Source of the DNA: Piromyces finnis finn
Lineage: Eukaryota; Fungi; Neocallimastigomycota
Reading direction: 5' to 3'
Length of the DNA stretch: 64,000 bases
Assembly: GCA_002104945.1 (NCBI GenBank)
Contig: MCFH01000012.1
Coordinates: 558,001-622,000, forward strand
In this document: piece by piece, positions 29,126 to 49,003 of the stretch
How the letters are laid out: the number at the start of each line of letters is the position of its first letter
Numbering within the stretch: position 1 is the first letter of the stretch
Program-made: the position numbers and the translations under genes
The notes under the pieces: model-generated
Seen by the model: only the letters and a program-made list of their open reading frames with translations
Database searches by the model: none
Told to the model about the DNA's origin: nothing

Positions 29126-31443
29126 ATCAAGAATATATTCTATTTTTTTTTTATATAATATATAGGCATATACTCTCTAAACAGATAATAGACAAAGAAA
29201 TATAAATCAATCCATCAATTCATACACTTGAAAGTTATCTAATCATACCATCATACCATTCTATTTTTAAATAAATAAATTAAATAATATAATTAATCTT
29301 TTGAATACGACAAATTTAATAAATACTATCCATAGTAATTATTAGTTTAAAAAAAAAAATCATATTAACTTTAATTAATTATTTATTTTATTGCCAATGT
29401 TAATATTATTTATTTATTTATTTTTATAATTTTAATTTTATCCTTTTTTTTTTTTTTAAAAAAAAAAAAATAAAATAAAATAAAATAGGCATTCAAAAGT
29501 TTTAAAGTTGAGCTCAATTTTAATTCAACGATGTAAAAGATTCATTTGGTTTTATAATTGTATAAATTAATATTTATTTTTTTTCCCTTTCAATAACAAT
29601 AAAAACCTTTGCCATTTACAATATTTATATATAAAGAAAAGATGAATAGAATGAATTTATAAAAAGTGTCAATTTTAATTATTATTATTATTATTATTAT
29701 TATTTTTTTTTACAATTACTGTCAAACTTTGATTTTTTTAATTAATTTCCCTTGACAATTCATTTGGTTTGTATGGAATGTGGAATATAAAAAACTTTTA
29801 TTTTTTATATTAAATTTTTAATCATTACTATTATCATAAGATTAAAAAAGAAATTAAATTTAAAAAGTTTAATTATTAATAAAAAAAAAATTTTTTTTTT
29901 TTATTTCTTTTTATTTTCTAATTTTCTTCTTTAAAAAAAAAAAAAAGTATAGTCAATTTGGAAAAAAAGATTATGTAGTAAAGAAGAAGAAAAAGATAGA
30001 TTTAATCAGTAACAAATAAAAGAAATTACAATTTCACACACACAAAAAAAAGTAAGTATTAAACATTAAAAAAATATTTATATAGAATAAAAGAAAAAAT
30101 AGGGTAAATGTATCATATAGACAATACACTTTATAAAAAAAAAAAAAAAAAAAAAATTGACAATTAAATAATTATTCTATATTCAGCCATAAACAAAAAT
30201 TAAATAAAGCCTTTTTAATTGAAAAGAAAGAAAAATGAAATTATTAATAGCCTATTTAAAATTGTATTAATAGTTTATAAAATATAAAATATAATAAATA
30301 ATAATAATAATAATAATCAATATTTTTTACTTTTCTTTCTTGTCGAGAAATAATTATATGACAATTTTATTTAATAATACACTTTCAGTAATTTAAAAAA
30401 AAAGTTCAATTTTATTTTAAATTGTATATATATATGTCAAGTAACGATGAAAAACAGAACATTTTAAATTGAATAGAAATGTATTTATTAATAATTCTAA
30501 ATAATTCTATGAAATTCAAATTGTCAAACTTTTTTTTTTTTAAAAATATATATATATATATATATATTCTTATTTTTTATATACATATAATAATTAACTA
30601 ACTTTTATATATATCCTTTTATATAATAAAATGAATATCATATTATTCTTTTTCAAATTTATAAATATATATGTATATGCATTAAATATAATGATAATAA
30701 TAACAAGAAAGAAGAAATTAAAATTAAATACTAATAACAATAATTAAACAAATTTTGAAGAATAAAATAATGATAATAATAATAATAAAGCAAAAAATAA
30801 AATTAAGATAAAAACAAAACAAAAAAAAAAAAAAAAAAAAAAGCCAAATAAAAATAAAAATAAATAAAAAAAGCATAAATATAAAATAACAGTAATAAGA
30901 AACAATCGATAATACTATTAGATATAAATAATATATCATTCACAATTATCCATTATTTTTTATGTACGATAAAAAAAAAAAAATACCCAATATAGATTAT
31001 ATATATAATTTTTAAGAATTTTTTTTTCATTTATAACTATTTAATTTATTCGGAAATCAATTTTTAAAAAGAAAATATATTCATTATCTATATTGAAATT
31101 TACTAATTCATTTAATAATTTTATTATTGAAATTATCAAACATTTTAATATATATGTACATAGTATATCTTTAAAATAATTAAAATTAAAATTTAAATAA
31201 TAAATTATACGTTTAAATTAATAGAATACTTGAATATATATAATATTTCACATTCTTTATATTTAATTTAATATTTATATAAATAATATTTTAATAATTA
31301 TAAAAAGTATATACATTCATAAATAAATATGTATATATCAAAAGAATTAAAATAATAATAATATCAATATCATTTATAATATCTTTTTTTTTACCACCTA
31401 ATCCAAACACCTAATAAATAAAGTTATAAAAAAAAACTTATAA

Positions 31444-32100
31444 ATGGCATATACTTTACTAATTGTTGGCCTATGCCTAGTATTTGCAATGGTTATTTCC
31501 ATTGTAAACTATTATGGCAATAGAAAAACAAGTCCATGGTATTTGAGATTATCAGTTATTATTGGACTTTTTTTCCCATTTTCTATAGTACTAGTGCTTC
31601 CTCTAGATATTACCTCGGTAAGTTTTAAATGGTAGAAATATATATATATATCGAGGATAAAAAATTGAGCTAATAATAAATATGTCTATATAAATAATAG
31701 AGTATATATAGAGATTTAACCGATGAAGAAAAATTAAATACTAATCCCCCAATTGGTTATCAATCAGAAGAATTCTTTATTGTATTTTGGAATATTACCT
31801 ATTGGATATCTTATGCTTTAACTTGGTAAATATATAGAAATTATTAAATCTATATTTGTCTATTCATCGCGAATTAATTCATTTTTTAAATCTATATTTT
31901 TAATGATTACCTTTAAATTTATAAAAATAATAGGCTTTTCTTCCCATTAATTAGTGGATATATTTTATCTGGTTACTTTACACCAATAAAAAAATTCAAG
32001 GATTCCATTTATCAAAATATTTTATTTTATGGTATATCAGGTGGCATAGGTATTATATTTGTAATTTATATAGCGGTTTCAAGACAAATGACAAGGTAAT

Positions 32101-32138
<38 letters not shown>

Positions 32139-33073
32139 AGAAAAAAAAATATATATAAATATAATGTTATTTATTTGTTAAAATATTTTTCTTAAAACTT
32201 AATAGAAAAGCTTTATTAGGTTTCTTAATGGCAATGAGTAATGCATGGGGTTTACTTCTTTGTATCGTATTTATGGGATATGGTCTAGTGGATGTTCCAC
32301 GTAGATTATGGAGAAAATCTGATCTTTCATGGATAAATAATTATTATTTATTTAAAGCTCAAGCCTATAAAGAATCTACTTTAGAAGCCAGTGAAAATCT
32401 TCAAAATGTTAAAAAGGTAAATTTTATTTTTTATTTGTAATTAAAAAAAAAAAAGTTAAACTTTTTTTTTTTAATCTGATATTTATATAAATTATACTAA
32501 AAATTTTTAAATTGAATACCTAATATTTTAATATCTTCTATTAATTAATCCTATAGGACATATTTAAAATATCTAATGAAATATCATCACAGAATCCATT
32601 AAGAATTTATGCTGATAAATTAATAGAATTAGTATGTGAATAATAAATATAATTTTATTTATTTATTGACATCCATTAACCAACTAAATTTAATTTGTTT
32701 GTCATATTTTAATAGTGCCCGATATCACAAAATATTGATAATAATGGTTTTTATAATGATGATCTTAACAGTCCATTTGATAATGCCAATATCACCCTTA
32801 AGCATTTAGCAACACTAAATTACGAATTAAAAAAAGCACTTCTTATTAATAACCGTTGTCAAGAGTAAATATTAAAAATTTAATATTTGATATTAAAGAT
32901 ATTTTTTTTTTTTTTTCATTTAAAATATAATAATAATTGTATGTCTTATAATTAATAATACTATTATTAGACAATATGATGAATTAGTAAAAAAGGCAAT
33001 TCGAGTTCAAGATATTGTTGAATTTAAAGATAATCCTAACAGGTTAATATATTTTTCAATAATAATAATGACC

Positions 33074-33104
<31 letters not shown>

Positions 33105-35546
33105 GTAATTATTTGTAAAGAGTGATTATTCAAATGATTTTTTTTTTTTTTTTTAATTTTATTAGAATAATTGAAGCATCTTTTATTTCTACTTCAAATT
33201 CCAGAATTTCTAATTTTAAATATAAATTAGGTAAGTTAATTATTATATATATATTAATCCTTCATATATATAAACCCCTTTATTATTGTTTATTAATTAA
33301 TTATAATATGATATTTTATTCATTTTTAATTTTAATATCAAAGCTTGGTGGTGGTATTTCAAACTTAGACGTTATCTATACGTCTTTTGTTCAATAATAT
33401 TAGCCTTTCTTTCCATTTCAATTATATGGTCTGAAGTAACCTATCCAGTAGCGGAAGCTAATATATCATTGATTTCATTCTACCTAAAATACTCTAAATA
33501 TATATCTTACATCTTTTTTGAGGTAGAGTAATGAAAATAAAATAAAAATAGGCCTAGTAATAACTAAATTTCTTTAATATTAATATTTCTTTCTCTTTAA
33601 ATATATAATATATATATATATATATAATTATCATTCCAGTTGGTGATTATAATATTATTACTCTATATGAGTGTATGTACATATACTAGTCTTTTCCGTC
33701 TTCAACTGTTTAAATATTACTGCCTTTTCCCAAATCATCATACTGATGATAACAGTTTGATCTTTTGTGCTTCTTACCTTTGTCGTTTAATTTATCCACT
33801 TTGTTATAACTTTTTAAATTTAACTAATAATTCTCAATCAGCATTTTCAAAGGTAATAGATTTAATTCTCATACTATAAAAATAATTTCAATAATATAAT
33901 AATAATAATATATATATATCTTTTAATTTTTTATTATAAATAAAATTAATTGAAATTATTAAAAAAAGATTATGGGTAAAATAGATTTAGTTCCACTATT
34001 GGGTAAAGAATTCAATGGCTATGTTCCTATTCTTATGATTGTTTTCACCTTAATTACCTTTTTCAATATTCATGGTAAAGTTTTAAAACATTTTGGTGTT
34101 GATAAACATTTTGGTATTGATCATTTCTCAATAGAAGATGAAGATGATATTACTGATATCCAAGATGGTAGATTATTGATTGATCAAGCTAGACGTAGAA
34201 TTGAACGTCAAAATGTTCATTACAGTAAGTTAATAATATAAATATTTATTTATATTATATATATATTTTTCGTTTTGTTTTTATTTTATATATATATTAT
34301 AATTGTTTTATATATATATTATATTTAGATGTAGATTGGTAGATGATGATGAAATAAATAAAAAAATAAATAGATTATATTATAATATAGAAAAAATATA
34401 GAAAAAAAAAAATAAAAAATAAAAAAAAAAAAAAAATCAATATGAATTGAACGAAAAAAGAAGAATAAACATAGATTATCCACTTTTTTTTTTATTCTTA
34501 ATTTCCAAAGAAAGATAATAATAATAATAAAAAAAAAAAACTAGACCTTATTACACGAAAGATATAAATATATCCATAAAATCATTACACCATTATAAAT
34601 GATAATAGAAAGTTTAAAAAAAATAATAATAAATTAGAAAAAGAAAAAAAGAAAAAAAAATAGTTTGTTATTATCAATACATTTATATATATATATATAT
34701 AAATATTTTAAATTTGATGGAAAAAAAAATTAACATGTTTTAATTGTATTTATATAAAATATATTTTATGAATAATTAGCTCTATATTCTAGTACAGATT
34801 ATAGAAATCCACTCTCTTCCCGAGATATATCCAATACCAATCGTGTTGCCATAAATAACTATTCCTATAGTAACAATAACAATACCTCCTTCACATCTAA
34901 TAGTAATCGAAAACAAAGTAATAATTTCCCTCAAAGTGAATCTCCGTCTAACAATCAAAATTCAGCATTTGATTATCCTTTCCATTTTAAAAGTCAAAAT
35001 ACAGCCTATGCTGCACCATCTTCAACTGAATTTAATCAACGAATTGGTAGTTACACTAGCAATAGTAATAGTACATTATATAGTCCTAGTGTTGGTGGTG
35101 GTCATTATAACCAAGATACTCAACAACCCTACGCTCATTCTACCGCCTCACATTCAACACATAATAAAAAGAAAAAGGATAAAAAAAGTATTTTTTCAAA
35201 AGATCCTTTTTTAAAACACACTTCCACTTCTTCAACCAACGATAAGCCTAAGAAAAAATTTGGATTTAGTATTAATACCAATCCTCAAATCTTTTATAAT
35301 CCTTATCCACCAGTAGATTCTTCAAAAAATACTAGTAATACCCCGACATCCTCAGCCTCACATTTTTCAAATTATAGTCAGGGTCATTCTTCTAATGTGG
35401 CTTCTCCTTCATCTACCAATTCTTCTCGTAAATTTGGACATCATCTAACCAGTGGTCATCTTACCACACCTACATTTACAACACCATCCACTGGAGTGAA
35501 ATCAAAAAAGAGAATGTTTGGAGTTAATTATAAGCTTAACGGTTAA
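31444..35546 (+). CDS. LMBRD2: LMBR1-domain membrane protein (LMBRD2-like), multi-exon
   Basis: Exons: FPFSIVLVLPLDITS, FWNITYWISYALTW, MAMSNAWGLLLCIVFMGYGLVDVPRRLW, YCLFPNHHTDDNSLIFCASYLCRLIYPLCYNFL, MGKIDLVPLLGKEFNGYVPILM. A Ser/Asn-rich C-terminal exon follows. Confidence 0.85.
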
Positions 35547-35962
35547 AGGATAAAAAAAAATATATATATATACTACCTACTAATGATTTTTCTTTTTTAA
35601 GAGATAAATGAAATAAAAAAAAGGACAAAGAGAGAGAGAAGAAGAAAAAGCGCTAATACCACCAACATTCCTACTTTATGAATCCTACATATATTATGAC
35701 CTGAAAAAAAAAGGAGAAAAAATTTGTTGAATTTAATTTATTTCCTAATATGTTTAATCCTTTTTCTAATAATCATCCTATCATCCATATTTATATTTAT
35801 ATATATATATCCAATATATAAAAATAAAAAAATAAAAAAAAAAAAAATAATTTATCAATAATAAAATAATAATAATATAATAATATTAAATAATAATATA
35901 ATATATATAATAAATAATTTATTGCTAACAAATTTCAAAAAAATAAATAAATAAATAAATAA

Positions 35963-35968
35963 AAATAA

Positions 35969-36024
<56 letters not shown>
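35963..36024 (+). repeat. (AAT)n microsatellite
   Basis: Directly visible trinucleotide run. Confidence 0.9.
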
Positions 36025-36026
<2 letters not shown>

Positions 36027-36913
36027 TGAAGCTGGCATGTTATTTTTATTTTTACTTTTTTTTTTCTTTCTTTAAAATTAAATTTGAATTGTAGTTATTG
36101 ATTTTTAAATAGGTTTATACAAATCAATTTAGTAGAGATTGGATATTTAAAACTATAAGATAAAATATTTATAAATAGAAATGGAATATTATTATTTAGA
36201 AAATCTTTTTTTTTCTTTTCTTTATTCAATAAAAGTAACCACACCAAAAATATTCCTTTTTTAATTTTATTATTATGAAAAGACTTTTTTTTTTTATTTT
36301 TCACCTTTTTAACTAAAATTTTGATACTTCAAAAAGGTGACACAAATATTAATTAAATTTTTTTTTAATTTACAAAGGGACTATGCCAATTTTAATTAAA
36401 AAAATAACAAAATAATAAAAAAGTCAACTTTTTTTATAAAAGAAAAAAAAAGTTTTTATTTTGTTATTTTGTTATTTTATATGTACGCGTATTTCTGATT
36501 TTATTTTTACTTTTATTTTTATTAGAGATTAATCGGAAATCCCATTAAAATTGTCTTTTGGCAAATTTCTTTTTCACACCTACACAGGATTATTTTTCTA
36601 ATTTATTAAAAATTTACAAAGAATGTGGCCTATTATGAGGTGATTTAATACGCCACCTTAAAAGAGCGTAAGTTCGAATTTTACTTTTTTTTTTGTCTCT
36701 TAATTAAAAAAAAGAAAAAATAAAAAAAAAAAAAAGGTGTTTTTCTTTTTTATTAATTAAATATTAAAATTTCAATTTATATAAAGAATAATAAGAAATA
36801 ATTATTTGATATAAAAATAAATAAATTCAAAAAAAAAAAAAAAAAAATACAAAAAGGTGAATAATCCATTTTAAACCAAAGAAATTCATAATTATTTTTA
36901 TTACTTTTTAAAA

Positions 36914-40647
<3,734 letters not shown>

Positions 40648-40852
40648 CTATTATTTAACATTACATCTATAAGGGGAAAAAAAAAAAAAAAAAAAAAGGA
40701 ATGACAATAAATAATAATAAACTATCTATTATTTACTCATTTTATTAAAAAATAATAATATTAATAATAAAGAATATAAATAATAAAAAAAAATAATAAA
40801 ATTCTCTTTCATGATTTTGTCTATTATTATTATTATTCTTTTTTTTTTTTTA

Positions 40853-41004
40853 ACTTCCGAGTGTATTTCTCCCATCAATCGGAGTTAGTCCCAATGGTGA
40901 TTCTTAGAGAAACGTTGGCTCATTCCTATTGCTAGGTGGTTGTGACCCTCCTGGTCTGCCATACTGTTTCTTCAGCTTCGATGCTCACTTAATCCATGTA
41001 CATT

Positions 41005-41007
<3 letters not shown>
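40853..41007. ncRNA. Candidate structured non-coding RNA (family not identified)
   Basis: Isolated island of about 155 bp with much higher GC than its flanks, consecutive hairpins (aact-ccga/tcgg-agtt; ccaatg/cgttgg; gctagg/cctggt), no ORF, and ACATTA at the 3' end. Confidence 0.35.
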
Positions 41008-41036
<29 letters not shown>

Positions 41037-41230
41037 CTTTTCTTTTTTTTTTTTTTTTTTTTTTTTTTTGATTGGAATATGTCACTCTTTTTACTAGTAA
41101 TAATATCAAAAAAAAAAAAAAATTATGGATGCTTCTAAAGTCAACTATTCAGATAAAAATCTTTTTTTATTATTTATTTTAAACTGATGTTAATACGATA
41201 TTATCTATATTATATATATTGATATAGCCG

Positions 41231-41439
<209 letters not shown>

Positions 41440-41655
41440 ATATTTTATTAATGCTTTCAAGTAATATATATATATATCATATTGATATAGACTACTTAAT
41501 AAAGAGAAAAATATAGTAGTAATCTAAAAAAAAATGGTGACAATAAAAAAAAACGAAATAAAACAAAAAAGTTTTAAGCGATATAGATATATATAATGAT
41601 TTTATTTATAAAAAAAAAAAAAGAAAAGAAAAGAAAATTATTATATATATATGTT

Positions 41656-41689
<34 letters not shown>

Positions 41690-41866
41690 AATTTTAAATA
41701 ATAAATCTGGGGAAAGAAAGGTAATTAATATTATTTTTAAAACTTTTTTTTTCGTTTATTTGTTTTTTTATTATTATTATTTTGAATTTTTTTTTCTTGT
41801 TTGTTTGTTTATTTGTTATTTTTTTTTTTTTATGTTATTGTTTTTTTATTATAATTCTTTAGAAGC

Positions 41867-43371
<1,505 letters not shown>

Positions 43372-45919
43372 TTTTATATATATATTTGTTTTATAGCTTA
43401 AAAATAGAATTAAATATCGAAATTATTATCTCTTTTTTTTTTATTATTATTGATTTGAACTTTATTTGAAAGGAACAAAGAATTAGAAAAAAGATAGTCA
43501 TAAATGAATAATTGTTTTAGGTAAAGTTTAATAGGATTGTTTTAATTAGTTTTTGATAATAAAGTATGAATATATTTTTATATATTGAAATATTATTTAT
43601 ATACATTTAATAAATTATATATATAAAATTAATAATATTTTAAATTTATAAAGAAAAATGATATATTAGTAATTTGCCTTTATTTCATGTATTATTACAA
43701 ATACTTTATATAATAATTATATAAATTTAAATATATATTCATTAATATATATTAATTAAGAATTGTAAGAGTATATATATATATTGATAAATTTGTTTGT
43801 ATTATCCTTTATCTTTTCGATATTTATTCTTTTTTTTTTTTTTTTTTAATCTTAAATGTACCATATATATATACCATATTTTTTTAATAGCAATTTATTT
43901 CCTGTTTGTATTTTTAGTCTTTACTGTATAATCATTAAATAATCTTTTTTTTTTTTTTTATTTTTTACTACAATCAAATGTTCCTTTGAATTATTCTTTG
44001 TATATAAAATACATTGTAATTTTTAGTTTATAAATATTTTATCCAGTCATTTATCTACAATATAATATTGTATTGTGAAATATTGTTTTCATCTTTATTT
44101 TTTTCTTTTCTTTACCGCCGTGATGATAACATTGATAGTAAAGCAATTTAAAAATTATTCTTAATTAATTATTAAAATATACATATATTTGTTGGTTTAA
44201 ATCTTTTATTTTTTATGGATGATAACAATACAATACAAATTTTACAAATTTTGTTGAGAATATAATCTTTTAATCTTTTAATTTTTTTTTTTTTTTTGTA
44301 AATACGCACTTCTTTTTTTTAGTTGAATTTAACTTTTTTTTTTTTTTTATTATCTCTTTATTTTAAAGTTTTTTTTTTATTCAAAATTATTATAAATAAT
44401 AAAATTTATAATTTGGGTGGTGGGTGTGATAAGAATTTAATTTTATTTATAATTTTATTATATTAATTATTAATTTTTTTTTCATTTAATTAATTAATTA
44501 TTTGATATTGGATTTTTTAGGCATCCTAAAAATAAGAATAAAATTTAAATTTATTTCATCATTGGGTAAATTAAATGAACGAATAATTATTGATTTAAAT
44601 AAATAATAAATTAATTTAAATGGATATATAACTATTAATTTAAATAAATATTAAATTAAATTAAATGAACAAATAATTATTAATTTAAATAAATAAATAT
44701 TAAATTAATTTAAATAAGCAAATAGAATGGAGATTTATTTAAATTAATAATTATTTATTTATTTATTAATTAATTAATATTTATCTATTCATTCATTGAC
44801 TTATTATCTCATATTTATAAAATTTAAAATTTAGTTTTTAATTAGCTAACCAAATGTGGTAGAAACATTTCATTAAATTAAATAATATATTAGTGTATAT
44901 TAATAATATATTATTTATCCTATCTAATAATTAAATTGTATTGTTAATAATTAATGACATATATTACTTTATATCTTGGAAATGACCTTTGAAATGGGTG
45001 GGTGTAAAAAATCATTCCACCTGCAGCCATAAAAAAAAATAGCAGCAGGTACCAAGAGTGGTAAAAAAGTAAAAAACTCACTTTTTTCATTCTTATATAT
45101 GAATTGAAATCCCTATTAGCATCAAACGGCAATAAGGATTACATTATCGTGAAATAAAAATGAATTAGAATGATGATGCCCATTGGTATTACATCCTTTA
45201 ATGATAATGCATCTAATGATTAGCAAAAGCCATAAAAAGATTGGCTAATGACCGAAAATATTTGATTTAATATTTAAATCATGAGTTTATTAATATAAGG
45301 ATCATTATCTTTATTCCATAAATCACTTGATCACATATATAAATGTGATTACTACATAAATTAATTAAAGACTAACTTGAGAAAGTGAAAAGGCAAAATA
45401 ATAAAAATTCTTTTAAACTTTTATAGATGGTTGGAAGGAAATGGTAATATAATCTATACTAAATATTGTTCAATTAATATTACTCAACTTTGAAAATACA
45501 GGAAAAAAAAAAAAAGAACTTTATAAAATATATAATGATTATATGATTATCTCCTCCAAAAAAATAAACTTTATACATCTTACCTAACAATATCTATGAA
45601 ATTAATTGACAATCCTATTTCTATAAATACATTTTCATGAAATTAATTGAAAAACAATAAAAACTTTAAATAAATGAAAAAAAAAGTATCCGTTAAAATA
45701 GTTTAAGAAAATAGAAATACACTTTTCATAAAAAATTCAAAGATTAACTTTTTCAAATTAAAAAAAAAAAAAGTTTATAAATATTAATTTGTTGTAAAAA
45801 GAATAAAGTAAACAAATATATATTTGTTGTTAAATTGTATAAATTGATTTATTTTATTTCTTATATATTAGAAATTTATAAAATATTAATATAATTGGAG
45901 TTAATTTATAAATTTAAAA

Positions 45920-46821
45920 ATGGATAAAATAAATTTTTCTAATGAAAAATATAATAGTAAATTAATAATAAATTTACTTAAAGAATATGGTCTTTTTAGT
46001 AATAGTAATATATATTTACAGGATATAAGAATTTTAATTTGTAGAACAATTCAATGTAGTAACTATGATGATTTAAAGAATGTACTTGAATTATTATTTG
46101 AATATAATAATGATGATATTTTAAAATTACTATTTTATTATAAAAATAAAATAGTAATTTCAGAAAATGATTTAAAAAATATAATATCTCAAAAAGATAA
46201 AATAAATTTATATATTAATTTTAATATAGAAAATACTCAATATAAAAATTATACTATAACATTTTGTTACCGTACAACAGGAACTGTAACACCTTTACAT
46301 GTTGCTACTCGACATGATGGACATAGTGGAAAAAATATCATATCATTATTGATGAGTTATGGAGCAGATGTAAATATAGTTAATAATAAGGGTGAAACTG
46401 CATTTTTTTATAATGTTAAATATTTTTCTTCTTTTTTAGGTCTTAACTCATAACTTAAATATAATGCAAACATTTTTATTAAAAATAATGAAAACGAATC
46501 ATTAGTATTTTCATTTATTAGATATATAGGTCCTAATTTTGAATTTCGGTATATTCTCATGTTAAAATATTTAAAATTGGATTTGATGTTAATGAAACAG
46601 ATAAAGATGGTAGAACACTATTAATGGAAGCAAGTTATTATGGAAATATTAATATAATTGAAGTTTGTTTAAAACATGGAGCGAATTTATATATGAAAGA
46701 TAATAAAGGAAATACAGCATTATCAATTGCACAAACATTAAATAATAAAAGATTAGAAAATTATTTAATTGAACATGGTGCTTCATGGAAATTTTGTAAT
46801 TATAGTAAAAATAAAAAATAA
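45920..46821 (+). pseudogene. Ankyrin-repeat protein, intronless, frameshifted
   Basis: ORF 45920-46453 ends with TPLHVATRH...IISLLMSYGADVNIVNNKGETAF. Out-of-frame continuations read YNANIFIKNNENES and GFDVNETDKDGRTLLMEASYYGNINIIEVCLKHGANLYMKDNKGNTALSIA. At least two frame disruptions lie in 46430-46590. Confidence 0.75.
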
Positions 46822-46875
46822 TAATGTAAAATGATTTTTAATGAATAATTTTTTAAATAAAATAATTCATTAAAA

Positions 46876-47579
46876 ATGAATATTATCAGATATTTTATTT
46901 CATTATTATTTATATTTATTATTAAAGCTAATTGTAGTTCGTATAATAAATTAGATTTACAATTAGCTTTATTAATTTTATCAGCTGGTGATCATAATGG
47001 GAATATAGTTAAAAACAAAAATGGTGAATATTTAAAAATTAATATTAATAAAGAAGGTAGTGGAATACAAAAAGATATTGTAGATATTATTCCAAGTCTT
47101 GCAGGTATTAAACGAGAGGTAAATCTTGATGAAAAAACAAAAATAGAAAGAATTAATAATAAATTTAGATATTTATATAAAAAAGCTGAACGATTAATTG
47201 CATACAGAATAGGTTATGAATAAGATCAACATTATGATAATAAATTAAATGATATTAATGAATTTTCAAATTTATTTTCATCTTTTTTATATAATGAATA
47301 TAATAAAGATAATTCTAATATGAGAGATAATTTTATTACTCATATTAATAAGTTGGATTTATATAATGAATTTGGAATAAAATTAATTAATAATAATAAT
47401 GGAGAATTAGAATTAATTTCATTTTGTAAAAATATTAGAAGCTTTAAAGATAGTAAAGATAGTAATGGAAATATTATTGATGGTGCAAATACTAAAAATG
47501 ATGTAAGATTTAGAGATTCTATAAAGACTGGAAATGATTTTCAACCAAAAGATAATAATGAAAATCTAATTACTACTAC

Positions 47580-47610
<31 letters not shown>

Positions 47611-49003
47611 TTAAATCATTTAAATTATTTAAATGATTTTAAAATAATATCAAAAGCATGTAATAATATAAATGATTGTAGAAATTTATTTAGAAATGGA
47701 AACCCACGATATTCATTAATTAAAGAAGGAAATAGTGATAACTATCACTTTATTGTTACATTTAATGATAATAATAGTAATACAAATAGAGGAATTTATC
47801 ATTTTAGAATAAGTAAGATAAATAGCAGTTCAAGTCAAAATAATATTATAAATTTTAATGGAAGTAATTATATGATGGAATATGATAATAATAGGGATTT
47901 TATAAGTATGACAAATGCTGTAAATATATTAAATGGACATAATAGATATCTAGGTAGTTTTAATGGAAAGAAATTTGTTGCAACAAAAGGAATTAATTTA
48001 ATTAGAGATTGTGGAGTAATTCTTGATGATGGATATATTACTTATAAGCCTGATGATTATAAATTTGATATTGATAATAATAATTTTAGAAATTTTAATG
48101 GATTTAATGATATAACTGAAGATGATATATTAGGTGCCGAAATATTAGATGCAGGTTATATTGCTCAAGTTAGTGATAATCTTTCATGTAGTTATAGCGA
48201 TAACAATCTTGCTGATATTGAAATTATAACTAGTAGATTAATAAAAGCTAAATCAAGATTAAATATATCAGAAAATAGTAAAAGTATTAAAAATAAATTA
48301 AATATTTTAAATGGAAGTATTAATAAAATTATAGAAAAGGTTCCAAGTTCAAAAATTGATATAAATAAACCATTTTTTGAAAATTTAATTAAAATAATAA
48401 ATGATTATTATGATGAAGAATTAAATAAAGATGTAAATGGTAATTCTCAAAAAAAGCTTGAAGTTATTAAAAACGAAAGAGATTATTTAATTGGATCATT
48501 AGAAGAGTTAAAAAATATTTCAGAAAATGAATATAAAGATAATTATATTAATGAAAATTTAGATGATATAAATAAAAAATTAAATGAAAATTACAGAAGT
48601 GATTATAATAATTATAAACAAAATTATATTAATGAAAATGGAAATGCAGATGAAAAAATTATTGAAAGAGATTTTTTTTAATGAAAAATTAGAAGAAATA
48701 AAAAATAATAAATATAATGAATTAAGTAATACAAAAGGAAATAAGGAGGTATTTATAAAACAATATAAACATGAACATTCAGAAACTTTAAATGAAATTG
48801 AAAGAAATGAAATATTGGATAATTTAATTACTAAAAATAAAAATATATATAAAGAAAAATATTTGAATATTGAAATAAATAAAATAAATGTAGAAAATAA
48901 GGAATATAAAAATTCTTTTAAATTATGGTTTAATAATGAAGATAATAAAAATTTATATAAAGTACTTATAAGTGAAAACTTCATTAAAGGTCATATCATT
49001 TAG
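46876..49003 (+). pseudogene. Disrupted large secreted N-rich protein of unknown family
   Basis: Signal peptide MNIIRYFISLLFIFIIKANCS. ORFs 46876-47223 and 47320-48681 are in the same frame, separated only by a single TAA at 47221. There is a frameshift at the T-run near 48675 into ORF 48584-49003, whose end overlaps the antisense capping-enzyme relic. Confidence 0.65.

Noticed and set aside
36095-36304. Short ORFs in AT-rich intergenic DNA (also 24497-24697 and 30724-30939)
   Set aside because: Low-complexity composition with no motifs; they are intergenic or antisense to real exons.
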